Assembly (NCBI GenBank): GCA_964016885.1
Contig: OZ024752.1
Span: forward strand, 29,698,001-29,762,000
Direction of reading: 5' to 3'
DNA length: 64,000 bases
Origin: Eledone cirrhosa
Taxonomy: Eukaryota
Shown: piece by piece, positions 26,097 to 40,062 of the stretch
Numbering within the stretch: the stretch's first letter is position 1
Layout: each line of letters starts with the position of its first letter
Notes under the pieces: model-generated
Seen by the model: only the letters and a program-made list of their open reading frames with translations
Told to the model about the DNA's origin: nothing
Databases searched by the model: none
Position numbers and translations under genes: made by a program

Positions 26097-26987
26097 CATG
26101 AGAGAGAAAGAGAGTGAGGGAGAGAGGTTGAGTGTACTGTTAGATAGGAACTGACTACCAGATAACATCAAACTAGACTCTCAATCTCTTCTCATCCTTG
26201 ATTACAGGTCTTGAGCCCATCATAACATTTGATATTTTTCTTACCACATCACAACTACATATATATTAAACACCAAATTCTCTCTGGATAACCGTTTGCC
26301 AATTGAAACAACATATTATGGTTTCCTCCAATTTTTGATTTTTCCTCGTTTTATTTGCAATTAATTTTGGTAAGCTATCAAATAAGCCTACCTATTGGAA
26401 GTGCTTTTGGGGTGCATCTCAGTGCAAAAGTGCTTTAGCGCCAAACAAGATATTTCCTTTTCTATTTGAGTCACTGCCAAAAGAGAATTATTTGTAAATG
26501 TAAACCAAATATCCATCAAAGTTATGTCTGACAATGTTCTTCCTTGAAGATTTACAGCAGCAAGGAATGGTTTGAGATATGTTTTTTAATGGAAATAGAT
26601 TTACATAATTCCCCCAAAACTGTTTAATAAGACAGAAGCTAGAGTACAACATTGTCTAATAGTGTGGAAACATCATCTAATTGTTTAATGGAATTACATA
26701 AGTGAATATTCAGTGCATACATATGACATTTGTATGCACGTGTTAATGTGCACTTTCTCTGTCTCTCTCTCTCTTTATATATATATATATATATATTAAA
26801 GTGTTAAACAATATTCAATGATTATGTCAAAGAATGAGTTTTACAGTAGATTGGAAGCACTCAACCGGAAATAATTTTCTGGAGTTATTAATATTAAAAT
26901 ATAAGTATTAATAAAATAGATGTTCTTTTGATCAATTACATTTTATTATACATATTTCGGATGTACAACAGTACGTCCTCATATTAT

Positions 26988-27040
26988 ATTTTGTCTGATG
27001 AGGACGTACTGTTGTTCATCCGAAATATGTATAATAAAAT
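26988..27040 (+). ncRNA. Minimal type I hammerhead ribozyme at the centre of a fold-back element (~26890-27286)
   Basis: Stem I ATTTTGT/ATAAAAT; CTGATGA; stem II GGACGTAC-TGTT-GTTCATCC (imperfect); GAAA TATGTA TA. Confidence 0.75.
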
Positions 27041-27049
27041 GTAATTGAT

Positions 27050-27230
27050 GGTGGATTGGCAGTATCGGTAGAGGGTCGGACGCCATGCTTTCCAGCATAG
27101 TTACGTCCCTTTACGATCTGAGTTCAAATCCCGCCGAGGTTGACTTTGCCTTTCATCCTTACGGGGTCGATAAAATAAAGTACCAGTAATGAACTGGGTA
27201 ATTGCTGGCTTTGTGCCTAAAGTAGAAACA
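27050..27230 (+). mobile_element. SINE A, full length, with 17-bp TSD
   Basis: AATAAAATGTAATTGAT at 27033-27049 and 27231-27247. Confidence 0.95.
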
Positions 27231-27283
27231 AATAAAATGTAATTGATCAAAAGAACATCTATTTTATTAATACTTATATTTTA

Positions 27284-27318
<35 letters not shown>

Positions 27319-27778
27319 CATATATATATACATATATATATAACAAATTATAAAGTAAGAAGAAATAATAGACACAAATATATACCTATTTTTTCTTCAA
27401 TGTTCTGACTATAATTTCGCTGGTCACTATTCAAAAATCTTATATCATAGAGATGTAACATTGTTGTGAGGTAAGCCAGCTTTTCAAGGGAGCACCTCAG
27501 GGAAAGAGCGCTAACTAGACACGTCCGTAGCATATGTGAAAATCTCAAAAAGGCGGAGGGAGACTCTATCACGTGATACACCGGTCAAGAAAGGGGACTA
27601 AATCCCTTGTAGCAGTGAAAAATATCCCAGAAGACGGAGGGGGATATTAATATGATAGAGAGGCTACAGAGGGGTGGTAAGGTTGACTGGAAGTGTATAT
27701 AGTGTTTGCTTGAAAGCAGTCACTATACTTCCGTGGTTACACTACCATGAGGGAATTAGATATATTGATATATATACA

Positions 27779-27823
<45 letters not shown>

Positions 27824-28094
27824 CAAACTGAACACACACATGTCTTTTTTCCAAAAATATTCTTACATTTCTTCCTCTTCTCACTCTCCTTTATCTTTCT
27901 ATTTCATTTATTTCTCCTCTTTCTTCTGGTGAAGGACTAGTGTCTGAAACGTTAAGTCTCTTTTTCTACTATATCAAGCGTAAAACTAATAATATTGTGT
28001 CATTTGCTTTGTTGCTTCTGTTTGCCTTTTGCATATATATATAGTAATATTTATAAAGACCAAAATCCAAAGAGGACTGATTGTATATATATTT

Positions 28095-28428
28095 CATCAT
28101 TTCATTTTACGTCCGCTTTTTCCCTGCTTGCAAGGGTGGGACGGGAACTGATTCTGGCTTGATTTCTACACCTGGATGCCCTTCCTAACACCAACCTCAT
28201 TTACAGCGATGCTGGGTGCTTTTTTCCCATGGCACCTCCACGACCACTTTGCAGTGGAATGACAGGGACCCCAGTCCCTATCATCTCATTTCTACAGCTG
28301 AGTAAACTGGAGCAATGTGAAATAAAGTGCCTTGCTCAAGGAAACAACACATCACCCGGTCTGAGAATAAAACTCACAACCTTTCGATTGCAAAGCCAAT
28401 GCTCTAACCACTAAGCCATGTGCTTCCA
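28095..28428 (-). mobile_element. SINE family B
   Basis: Reverse-complement full copy. Confidence 0.88.
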
Positions 28429-28454
28429 TATATATATATATATATATAATATAT

Positions 28455-29310
28455 TACTGCTTGACTGATAGGGTTATATATAGATGCACTATTACTAGCC
28501 AGAATAGCGTTAAACATTATATAGGGGCCACCTCCGGCCCGTTCAAAATTAGGTTTCGAACACATATCCACTCTTTCACAAATAGAAAACTAAGGCACTC
28601 CACTTCGCTCGCGGACTACATCACTAAAGGACTTAAACATCAGCTTCTCCACGCACTGGGAGATTGTCGGCAGGGCTGCACCGTACAACTTCAAGAGGAA
28701 ATGCGATCTTTGCCTCATGGAGCTCTACCACATCATAACTGCACCCCACGAGCTCATCAACAGCAGAGCTGAAACAGCGATAAGTTGTACACATCGCTTA
28801 AAAATATCCTTCTTCAGATGGGTTAAGGATGAAGAGTGAAATAGTACACTGGATCTCCCTGCAACAAGTCTTAACACCCCGGCGGGCAGGCGCTGCAAAA
28901 TAACACCCAGGAAACAATCCTTGCATACCAGACCCAGCTTCAGACAAACGGATGCGGCAAAATCAAAACAAGATATTTTTGCGAGCAATGAACCTTGATG
29001 TGGATTTAACCCCCAAAACTCTTTCCGAGCAATATAAGGAACACTTGTGATTATTTATGCCCTTGAGAAGCCCAACTGGGCGAAACGTACGTAGGTGATA
29101 TTTTAAATAAACATGTTTTAACGGTCTAGTCTCCGATTTTTTACTTTCCCACGTGCTTACGCTCTGCTAACTCTCTAGCCCACTAAATATTAACACTTCG
29201 AATATTTAATACTGCCGGCACTAGCATCGAGCACCTTTGGAATACGCTACTTGGCAAATAACTATATGTATCACCTATCCCCCCTTTTTTTCTCTTTCTC
29301 GATACGTAAA

Positions 29311-29312
<2 letters not shown>
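28455..29312 (+). mobile_element. Penelope-like element 3' remnant: frameshifted GIY-YIG endonuclease + pLTR with variant hammerhead (29056-29100)
   Basis: VIYRCTI...HYIGATSGPFKIRFRTHIHSF..STSLADYI / HWEIVGRAAPYNFKRKCDLCLME; CTTGAGAA GCCC-AACT-GGGC GAAA CGTACG TA followed by AATAAA. Confidence 0.85.
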
Positions 29313-29339
<27 letters not shown>

Positions 29340-29344
<5 letters not shown>

Positions 29345-31920
29345 TTGATAGAATTATACCTGAAATTAGAAGTTTGGCCCCTCTTTCACTGTGGAACAAT
29401 TCTTTCTCGGTGATTGATTGGTTCAACGGCATATGCAACAAGGAACATTGCCGTTTTATCCAATTCGACATCAACAATTACTACTCCTCCATCACTTTAC
29501 CACTTCTCCTTAGAGCTATCAATTTCGCTAAAACACTCACAGTGGTTACGGATTTCGAAGTTGATGTCATCCTCAATGCCCGTAAGTCGGTGATTAATTT
29601 CGACGACTCTATTTGGATTAAAAAATCCAATAGTACGCCATTCGATGTGAGTATGGGCGCTAGCGATTCTGCGGAGGTTACTTCTTTTCTCTATCAAGGA
29701 CGAATTCCCCAACGCGGGCGGTGGTTTGTACCGTGATGATGGTCTTTTGACCATGACTAAGTGCAGACCTCGTGATTGCGACAGGTTCAGAAAAGAACTC
29801 ACAGCCTTCTTTAAAGGCTTCAACCTCTCTATACAGGTTGAGGCCAATCTCTCGGTCGTTAATTACCTCGACGTTACCCTCAATTTATCGAATGGGTTGT
29901 ATTACCCGTATAGAAAGCGGAATGATACGCTTAATTACATAAGTAAGCATTCCAACCATCCTGCCAGCATAACCAAGAACCTGGTAAGAAACGTTTCGTT
30001 GAGGCTTTCCCGTCTATCTACTAACGAGCATATTTTCAACGACCATTCCACTTATTACAATGAAGCTCTTTCTCGGAGTGGATTTGTCGATAAGGTAGCA
30101 TATACAGAGTACGAAAATAGACCTAGAAGTAATAGATCCCGTCGCATTTGTTGGTATAACCCACCATATACTATGGAGGTGGCCACACCATTAGCTAAGA
30201 TCTTTCTTTCCCTTATTACGAAGCATTTTCCCCCTACACATAAATATAGTAACATTTTTAATAGAAATACTATTAAAATTTCTTACTCTACGATTCCTAA
30301 CCTTGCACATAACATCACAGCTTCAAATTTAGCTAAACTACCTAACCGTAGGAACTCGTGCAACCCTGTAGTTAGTACTAACTGTAATTGTAGGAATCGA
30401 GTTGATTGCCCCCTATCCAGGAAATGCCTCTCTAGTAACATTGTCTACAAATGTAAGGTTGAAACACCCACGTCCCGTAGGGCCTACATAGGGTTAACCG
30501 CCAATAGATTCAAGCAGCGTCTTTACATGCATAACCATTCTTTTCGTTACCCTCTTAGAAGGAATATGACGTCACTTTCAGCTTATATCTGGAGTCTAAA
30601 AGACAACCACACCCAATTTAAGTTACACTGGGAGATCCTAGCTAGGGCTAGATCGTATAACGGAAATAAAAGACCATGTGACCTCTGCGCCGCTGAGGCC
30701 CTGGAAATACTCTACGCCACAGACCACATCTTAAACAAAAAATCTGAGGCAATTTCGGCTTGTAAACATAAATTGCACAAAATTTTCCTGTATTACAGCC
30801 CCACATTATACCCTAACGGATAGTACGATCTATACGTGGATTTTTTATGTCTTGATGTGGTAGCTAAGTATATGTTTTGTTTATACCATTACTTATTTGC
30901 ATAGGTAAGTATATATTACCTGTATGTTTTGTGAAGGTACGTATACTTCCTCATACGTATATTTGATTGATTATGTTGTGGCGTATACATTTTTTATATT
31001 TTCTGGTATATATGGTTTGGCTATGTGTATACGGGAGTTTTGCGTCTGCGTGTGTATGCAGGTTCGAACGTATGTAGGGTGTGTGTATATGTGTACTTCA
31101 TGTTTTGGCTGACTTACGTCTTCGAACATTTGTGTATTTACATGTAGGTATGTGGGTGCGCTTGTTATATACGTATTTATTTATATACGTTTATTTAATT
31201 ATTTATTTGTATACACGCACACACACACACACACATATTTATATGTGCGTGGTTTTGTATACCTATGGCAAGTGTTTTGCGTATGCTTGTGTATGTACGT
31301 ATTTGAATGTGTGTATGCATTTATTTAATTTCTATTACCCCTGTATTGTATTTATTTACTTTATTCTTAACTCTGAAGCGGAGATTCATTCGGTTTCCTA
31401 GTTAGAATTTAGTCTACGACTTCAGCTATACAATTTACGTGGTTTTGTCTTTGCGTGTAATTGTTCTCCATGCTCCACATATGACGTATTATCTTCGTTT
31501 TTTCCGTTCATCGCCAGATAACGTCTCTATGAACCACCTAAGAGAACATTAGTCTACGACTTCTTTTATACCATAAACGTGGTTCTGTCTTTGCGCCTAA
31601 TTGTTTTTCACCGCTCCTATTAATGACGTATTATATTCGTTTTTCCCCCGTTCTTCGCCAGCGAACGTTTCCACGAACCAAAGTATCGTCTTCCTGTCTT
31701 CCTCCGGTTGCAACGTTTTTTGAAATATCCACTTCTGCGTTTACAGATTGACTTTGTTAGTTTCAGAAGATCCCGTTAAGGGTGAAAGCAGCGATATTTT
31801 GCTTAAACTTTAATCTGTTATTTTAATAAATATTTGCTCTACGGTTCTTATATATTTGATATATATTTATCCTTATCGAGCCCTCTTTGGATTTTAGTCT
31901 TCAAATTTATTATTATTACT
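29340..31920 (+). mobile_element. 5'-truncated Penelope-like retroelement, Naiad-like: RT + GIY-YIG (coding ~29340-30823, frameshift/deletion near 29680-29730), long 3' region/pLTR
   Basis: RT motifs FIQFDINNYYSSI, FDVSMGASDSAEV, LYRDDGL, NYLDVTLNL; CNCRNRVDC (CxCx5C); IVYKC...YIGLTANRFKQRLYMH; CDLC...LNKKSE. Confidence 0.92.
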
Positions 31921-32008
31921 ATATATATATATATATATATATAAAGTATATATAAACCTGTAGACCAAATATTATAATTAGTACAGATTAAAGTTTAAGC
32001 AAAGAATT

Positions 32009-32052
32009 TCTGCTTGCACCTTATTATGGGATCATAATAAGGTGCAAGCAGA
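32009..32052. repeat. Perfect 20-bp hairpin terminating an inverted copy of the PLE 3' end
   Basis: TCTGCTTGCACCTTATTATG-GGAT-CATAATAAGGTGCAAGCAGA; 31945-32030 is a diverged reverse complement of 31768-31856. Confidence 0.85.
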
Positions 32053-32101
32053 TCCTAACCAACGAAACTTACATTCTTGGTATGGCTTTGTTGTATAATA
32101 A

Positions 32102-32148
<47 letters not shown>

Positions 32149-35100
32149 GTCTGTGTGAGTTTGTGTGTAAACTTAAGTGTTAGTTTGAATCTATGAAGTC
32201 AACATGTCTTAGAATGATAAGAATTTGAGTTTTCTCCAAATATCATTCATTGCTTAATATTTGTTCTACAGAAATGAAAATGCATTTCAGACATTTTTCA
32301 GTTCACCATTTATCAAGGTTAATGTAATTTTCTTCTACCAAACATGAAACATTTACAAATTCTGACAAGATTAATCTCACATACACATATATTGTAAATC
32401 ACACACATATATTGTAAAGCACACACACACATATTGTACAGTACACACATATGCCGTTAAGCAAACATATTCTGTTAACCACATACACATATAGTTAAAC
32501 ACATATATATTCTGTTAAACACATACATTTTCTATTAAACATACATATGCTATTAAACACATACATATTTTGTTAAACACATACATATGTTAAGCACATA
32601 CATATTTTTTGTGTTTCAATCTTCAAAAATGATAACTTCTCAAAAATCGAAAGAGAAAATGTTTTTGAATGAAGAATGGTATATGCTTGTAACTTCACCA
32701 TTAAAAGAAACCAGAATATGTTTGTATATGAAATAATAGGATGTGACAGAAGTGGATAGTCAGTAGAATATAAATGAAGAGAAAATATGAGCTAAATGTT
32801 TAACACAATTCCAAGGAAGGATAGAACTTCTAACTTGCCAGCTACATCTCCATCTCCATCCCACCATCATTCTAAAATATCTTTACTGTTCTTCGCTTAC
32901 ATTATCTTTCACCTCTACCCACTCAGTTTTTCACTAAAAGATTCCACACCCAACAAGCTTCCAAACACATTTCCTCTTTTTCCAAAAAAAAAAAAAAAAA
33001 GGAAAAAAAATTCTTTTCTATTCATTCATCACTTCCAATAACTAAACTTAACAATTCATGCAAAATATCAACAGCACTGGGTCCCACCCAACAATCCTAC
33101 GCTTTTATCCTGCCAGGACTTTATAATATATGAGCAAAACCCTTTGCTCTCTGGAATCATAAATAACATGGAATAACACAAGAGAAACTAATATCTAAAA
33201 CAGACTGTAATTGTACTGAAGAACTACACCACCTCACCACCACCATGCCCACCACCACCACCATGACCACGACTGCCACCACCACCAGCAACAAAATCTA
33301 TCAATAATATTATGTTAGTCACATACATTGCTATCATCAATGGAGAGATTGTTCATTTTCTATTAAGTTAATACTATAATTTGAAGATCTTATTTAATAT
33401 TTCATTTCCACACCATTATAATATACTCATATACATACATATATACAAATATGTATATATATACATATATGTATGTATATATATATACACACACCCACAT
33501 ATATGTATGTATGTATATTTATATTAAATTTAGAATTTTCCAAATATCTATAAAGACAATTGGCTAATTAACTAATATTGGCTAATATATCCTCAAAGAT
33601 AATTATTGGAAAATCAAGGGTGATGTGATTTGTAGAAGAGAAGATTAAAACTGACATTATATATTTAGTTATTTGTTTTATATCACAATTTGTGAACGAC
33701 TGTGTCATTTGTTACATATTTACAATGAACTGGTTTCTGGTTCACTGACTGTGAGAGTGAGATGGAAACATCTGTACCTTAGAGGACATCAGACTTTCAC
33801 CAGTGATTATATACTTTGCCAATATATGACAAAAGATACATGCACACATACATACATGTATACATACATGGTGGTTGCCAACTCGTTTTCGAGTATGGCC
33901 ACTACTTTATATCCATGTAGGAGAACCCCTACCGATGTGCTGAATGAGTGTGACTTTTTAGTTCAGCCAGTGACTTGAAGACTCTGGTACAAACACTACA
34001 CCTGTGACAATTATTGACACATAGTGCGGGGCCCATGGTAACATGTGACGACAAGTGCTGAGAGATCTCCAGATATAAAGCAATGCCTGTGCTGTGAAGC
34101 TTTTATAGTGAGCAAAGGCACTGCACAAAGCCAGTCCCACTCTCTTAACCAAGATGATATTTAGCAAAAAGAAGAACAAGTCAACATCATTGGATACCAT
34201 CAGGGTTGCAGGTGTTATATCAGAGTTTTCCTTCTCCTAGAATTCTGCCTTGACAAAGGCTAAGGGGTCATCTCTCCCAGTGATTTTGGATGGCCATTGA
34301 CTCTTAAGAGCTCTTTTGCCCTTTGAACATCTAATGACCATTGATGAGGAGTTTGCAGATTTAGTATCCAAGATACACCTTCAGCTTCATACCCATTATT
34401 ATTGGACTTACAGGTTATATACCAACCCGTTTGGACCAAAGTATGACTGAACTTAGATTTGTGGACAATGAGCGTAGCTCCCTAATTCATAGACTGCAAA
34501 TGGCTGCAATATCTGGCACCTTCAAAATTTGTAAAACATTCTTGCGATTCAAGGGATAACAATTTCTTTTCTTTTACAACCTTGCCACCAGGAAGGTGGC
34601 CAGTCAAAAATGTACTTAAATTAAGAGAAAGAGAAACATGTATACATACATGTATGTATACATACATGTATACATTTTTAATCGAACTCATAACCTCTCA
34701 ATTGCAAGACCAATGCTCTAACCACTAATTCATGTGCCTTCACATGCATATATACATACATACATGTATACATACATACACGTATATATACATACATGTA
34801 TACATACATACATGTATACATACATACATGTATATATACATACATGTTTGTATACAGCTAATTTACAGAACAGAGTACACTGATGATTAGATATTGATTA
34901 TTTCCAATTATTTAATCACTTATCATTCAAACTTTATATAAAGAAAATAAGATTTCTTTTAGTTTTTTAAATGATATAAGTTTAACATGTAATATTCTAT
35001 AACACCTGAAACTGTATTAGATAAATATTCTTGAAAAGTAGAAAAACTTTTATCAATTTTAAAAACTAAAATCTTGACATATATGAATAAAAAGTAAATT

Positions 35101-35449
35101 TTCTTAAGAAATGTTTTATATTTGGTGAAAATATTTTTACCCTGCCCCATAAGGATTTCTTCTGTAGTTTTTGCAGCAATGTGAATTTCATTCTTATAAC
35201 CATTGCTGATGAATTTAATTTTCAAGAATTTGCAGTATGTACAGTATTATCTCGATTCAAGATTAGTTACAAGAGGGGAAGGGAAGGCAATGGTGTAAGA
35301 TAAGAGGAATATTGGGATTATATGTTAAACCTGGAAGTTTTACAAGTGTTTCATGTAGGAGAACAAAAATTCAGCCATATTGCACAAATTTTAAAACCTG
35401 CAGCATCTACTGTAGGAACAATACACGCAGAAGGGTAATTAGGGAAATT

Positions 35450-36379
35450 TGTTTATGCTTTGCCGTTCGCATATATTACTATTACACATCCACCGGAGCA
35501 TGCAGGCTTCGTTTCTTTCTAATCTACGCAAGTCTTCTACAGACAGCGCCCAGGTCTCACTACCATGTAACAAAGCTGTTCGGATATATGCATATTACAG
35601 TCTGCCTTTCATTTTGAGGGAAAAGCTTTTTGCAGATAGCAGTGGCAGTAGCTCCCTGAACTTCTTCCATCCCGTTCTTACCCTAGTTATTGTACTTTCC
35701 GAACACCCACCTCCGCTGCTAATTCGGTCACCTAGGTAGCAGAAGCTGTCTACTGTTTCTACAGAGCCCTCTCAGAGTTTGGTGGTGCTTGTTTCCTGTG
35801 GCTGTTTGCTGCTTGCTGTCCTAGCACAGCTGCTACATGTGAAACCTACATTCTTAGTTAAGCTTCCTGAGATCCCACTACATCTCTTATGTACCCATTG
35901 TTTGCATTTAGGGCAGAGGATGGAGTTCCTACCTACACCTTTCCTACATACTGAGCAAGGCCATTTCCCTGAGAGGATCTGGGTTCTGTTTATTCGTCTA
36001 CTTACAAGGACCTTAGTCTTTGTCGGGTTGACGTTGAGACCCTTTCTTTCTAGTCCCTGCTTCCATGTTTGGAATTTGTTCTCTAGTTCTACCATAGATT
36101 CAGCTATAAGTGCGAGGTCATTTGCATACAGGAGTTCCCATGGGCATCCGGTCTTAAACTCCTCCGCTATTGTCTGCAAAACTATGATGAACAGGAGAGG
36201 GCTAAGAACAGAGCCCTGGTGGATACCAGCCTGAATGCTAAATTCTTCGCTATACTCATTGCTAATCCTAACTTTGCTGACTGCTCCCCTATACATGGCT
36301 TGTACAGCTTTCACAAGCCATTCATCTACTCCTAGTTTTCTAAGAGCCTATCAGATTATAGCATGGGGGACTCAGTCAA

Positions 36380-36383
<4 letters not shown>
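35450..36383 (-). mobile_element. RTE LINE internal fragment (RT domain), degenerate
   Basis: GIHQGSVLSPLLF, ELLYAND (YADD mutated), [40 protein letters not shown]. Confidence 0.9.
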
Positions 36384-36429
<46 letters not shown>

Positions 36430-37777
36430 TATATGTATATATATACACTTATATATACATTACAATGTATGCGTTGTCTTAAAATGGTCATAGGTTCACA
36501 TTAAACTGACTATAATGAAGGATCAATTATTTGTTGAGCAATTTCAGCTTTCATCTTGTAATCATTTACTTCATGGCTGGAGTCAATAGCCTGGAAAAAA
36601 ATCAGCTTTTCAATTCTCACTTGTCCTTGACACACTAACAAACTAATAAATTTTCAGTGTTGACCCATTAAGAAATATATGACATTTTCTCTTAATCTCA
36701 TGCATCATATTGTATTGAAGATCTAGTATGTTCTATTCAGCAATGAAGATCTAGTATGTTCTATTCAGACACTGCATAAAAGATAGGATTAGCAATACAT
36801 TCAATTAAGAGTTGAAAGTTCCATAAAATGTTTAGAGTATCTATGAAAATAAATTGTTATAGAAACAAGATTAAATGGTGTAACCTGTAGTAATTTATAG
36901 ATAGGTATATCAATGGGGAGAGTAAAACCAAAAGAGATTGTATCAAGATTTCATCAAAGGTACTTTCTGAAGAATTAATGAACAATAAAGGCAATTATCT
37001 GCTTAGTTTATAAATGTGAGCTATTCATTCTAGCATGAAAGCAAGGATGTTAAATAGAAGTTACTTTTATAATGAATTACAAACTGTTTACTTCTTTTAA
37101 AACTGACTTTTTGAGCTTAAAATGTCAAAATAACTATGTACATATGTAATTTACAAATACATCAAAAGGATCATTTTACACTTCCTATTTTTTTCAGTTT
37201 ACATCCCAGATTGTTTCTCAGAAAAGCTTTAGTGATTTTAATTGTGATGATAGATGTAATGTATTAACTCATCTATAATCCCATAAAACAATGATACAAT
37301 ACTATTTTTACATCTTGAAATTATGGTGGCAAAGATCAACAGAATATATATATATAATGAATAAAAATAAATATAAAAAATTGTTATTATAATACAATCA
37401 TAAATCCTTTTCTACTTTTAACTGCTTAAAACAGAATAAAAACAAACAAGCAGAGTCTTAATATATAGTCATTGATCCGTATTATCAACGATTATCAATG
37501 TTGGATCATAAATAATTTTACTACACAGTAGAAACATTCTTTCCCTTCATATACTGACCTACTTATTGTAATAGCAATATATCTTCCCTGCTGCGATTTT
37601 CTATGCTAATAAAATATCAACAATTGAAAAGCCTTCAAACTATGTTTATGACTAAAATGTTTTGTACTGGATAAATGTTTTTAACACAGAACTTAATGAA
37701 TTTGTATTATTTGGTACAGTATTTAATCTTTTTCATACCAATATCTCTAGTTCTATGAAACAAACTTACTCAAACTT

Positions 37778-38973
37778 AATCAATGAGAATCTTAGAACCT
37801 GGAAGAAGAACATAATAGACAGATACACTTTGGTGGAAACACAAGAAATTAAACAGCTGAACTTTTGTTTGAATCCATTTCGGCCCCCAAAAAACTAAAC
37901 TGAATGAGGTATTAAACAAAATTGAGGATCTAATTTTTAGCAAGTTAAAAGAGGCATGACTATAGTTTAATGCTTGCCCTCTCAAACATTTTCCCTCATA
38001 ACTTTTTTAGCAATATATATATATATATATATTTTTTAAAATGAAATTTTGTAAAGATATATTTTCAAAGGTGTAGATTAAGTTGATGAAATTTAAAATG
38101 AAAATAAAAATTTTTAGCATTTAAACGGACCATATCCGACCAGTATTCTCTCCCCTCTTTCTGTTCAAATGAGCTGTAACCGGCTACTCATACCGATGTT
38201 GAGGTATTGTTCTCAAAATAAATAATATCAAAATCTCATAGATTTGTTATTATGTGAGATAGAGCCTTTACCGTGAAAATACAACAGTAAATATAGAGAA
38301 ATGTAAATGCTAAAGGGTTAAAGGGTTCCTATTTAAATTAAAATCTTCCAAGAACAATTTGTAACAAATACAATCTTAATAATGGTTTCTGATTTAGGCA
38401 CAAGATCAACAATTTTGAGTAAGGGAAAGTGAATTAAATTGACTCCAGTGTATTACTGGTTCTTTATTTTATCGACCCTGTAAGGATAAATACTATCTTA
38501 ATAATAAAATAATTAATATTTTTTTGTAAATCTCTCTAAAATCTTCTTTGGATACAAAGTGTATTTTTAGAATTGTTTTAAGTTTAAAAATACAAGGAAA
38601 AAAAATAAAAATAAGCAAACAAAAAAATAACATTTAACAACAAAGAATATTTATAAAAAAAATTAATAAATGTGTAACAATTCTATAAAAAATCAGTATT
38701 TTTAAATTGATGGAAATTGAAAAGTTATCAGGAAAAAAAAAAAAAAAATCAATCAATGAGAATCTAAGAGATTGCTGCTTAGAACCTGGAAGAAGAACAT
38801 AGTAGACAGATACACTTTGGTGGAAACACAAGAAATTAAACAGCTGAACTTTTGTTTGAATCCATTTTGGCCCCCAAAACAAAATTGAAGATCTAATTTT
38901 TAGCAAGTTAAAAGAGGCATGACTATAGTTTAATGCTTGCCCTCTCAAACATTTTCCCTCATAACTTTCTTAG

Positions 38974-39036
<63 letters not shown>

Positions 39037-39112
39037 ATGAAATTTTGCAAAGATATATTTTCAAAGGTGTAGATTAAGTTGAGGAAATTTAAAATGAAAA
39101 TAAAAATTTATT
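37778..39112. repeat. Local direct duplication, ~335 bp (37778-38112 vs 38751-39110)
   Basis: Shared AATCAATGAGAATC...CTTAGAACCTGGAAGAAGAAC...GAAATTTAAAATGAAAATAAAAATTTT. Confidence 0.9.
38112..38321. mobile_element. piggyBac-type MITE (same family as 5060), left TTAACCC lost
   Basis: TTTAGCATTTAAAC...GTAAATGCTAAAGGGTTAA. Confidence 0.75.
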
Positions 39113-39615
39113 TTTAATTGAAGAAATAATATTACATTCCTGGAGAAAATCTATAATATTATCCTAATCGATATTATTCATTATCAAGATAAAATTGGAA
39201 GGCAATAGGAAAACAATTCGGAATTTAGGTTTAGCCTACCACAAACACAAATCAAAAGTATTCAGTATATAAATGAAAGCACTAATGAATGGAACTATAT
39301 GACCGTGAAAGTGTTAAAAATATTAATTAATTAATTTTATTTTTATATCCATAGATGTAATCGTAATTTACATCATAGAATATGTGCCTCTGAAAATTTT
39401 CATTAAAAAATATCCATTATTCTTTTGCTTTTTTACCTGTTCCAGCCATTGGCTTTCCCTTGCCCAAAAGTTATGAAACAAACCAAAGGGTAGGGGACAC
39501 TAAACCATACAGCATAGGTACAAAGTAAGTTTGATCATCTGCTAAATTAGAAAATATTTCTGTTGCTTTGAGAGATTCTAGAAATTTTAACCATTAGGCC
39601 ATGCTCCTTGGTGCA

Positions 39616-40062
39616 CATTATACACAAGAACTGTTACTTGTCAAGTATGATGTCATTATACATGAGAACTGTTACTTGTCAAGTGTGGTGGATTGGCAGT
39701 ATCGGTAGAGGGTCGGACGCCATGCTTTCCAGCATAGTTACGTCCCTTTATGATCTGAGTTCAAATCCCGCCGAGGTTGACTTTGCCTTTCATCCTTACG
39801 GGGTCGATAAAATAAAGTACCAGTAATGCACTGGGTAATTGCTGGCCTTGTGCCTAAAGTAGAAACAATTATACATGAGAATTGTTTCAGTCAAGTGTGA
39901 TGTCATTATACATGAGAATTTTTTCAGTCAAGTGTGATGTCATTATACATAAGAACTGTTTCAGTCAAGTGTGATGTCATTATACATGAAAACTGTTACT
40001 TGTGAAGTATGTTGTCATTATACATGAGAACTGTTACTCTTTGTTTCAGTTAAGTGTGATGC
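39616..40062. repeat. ~38-bp minisatellite (ATTATACATGAGAACTGTT...TCAAGTGTGATGTC) with a SINE A inserted at 39687-39867 (+)
   Basis: About 7 units flanking an intact SINE A. Confidence 0.88.

Noticed and set aside
33870-34450. GC-richer segment resembling a retroelement UTR
   Set aside because: No second copy or coding motif in the window to support a call
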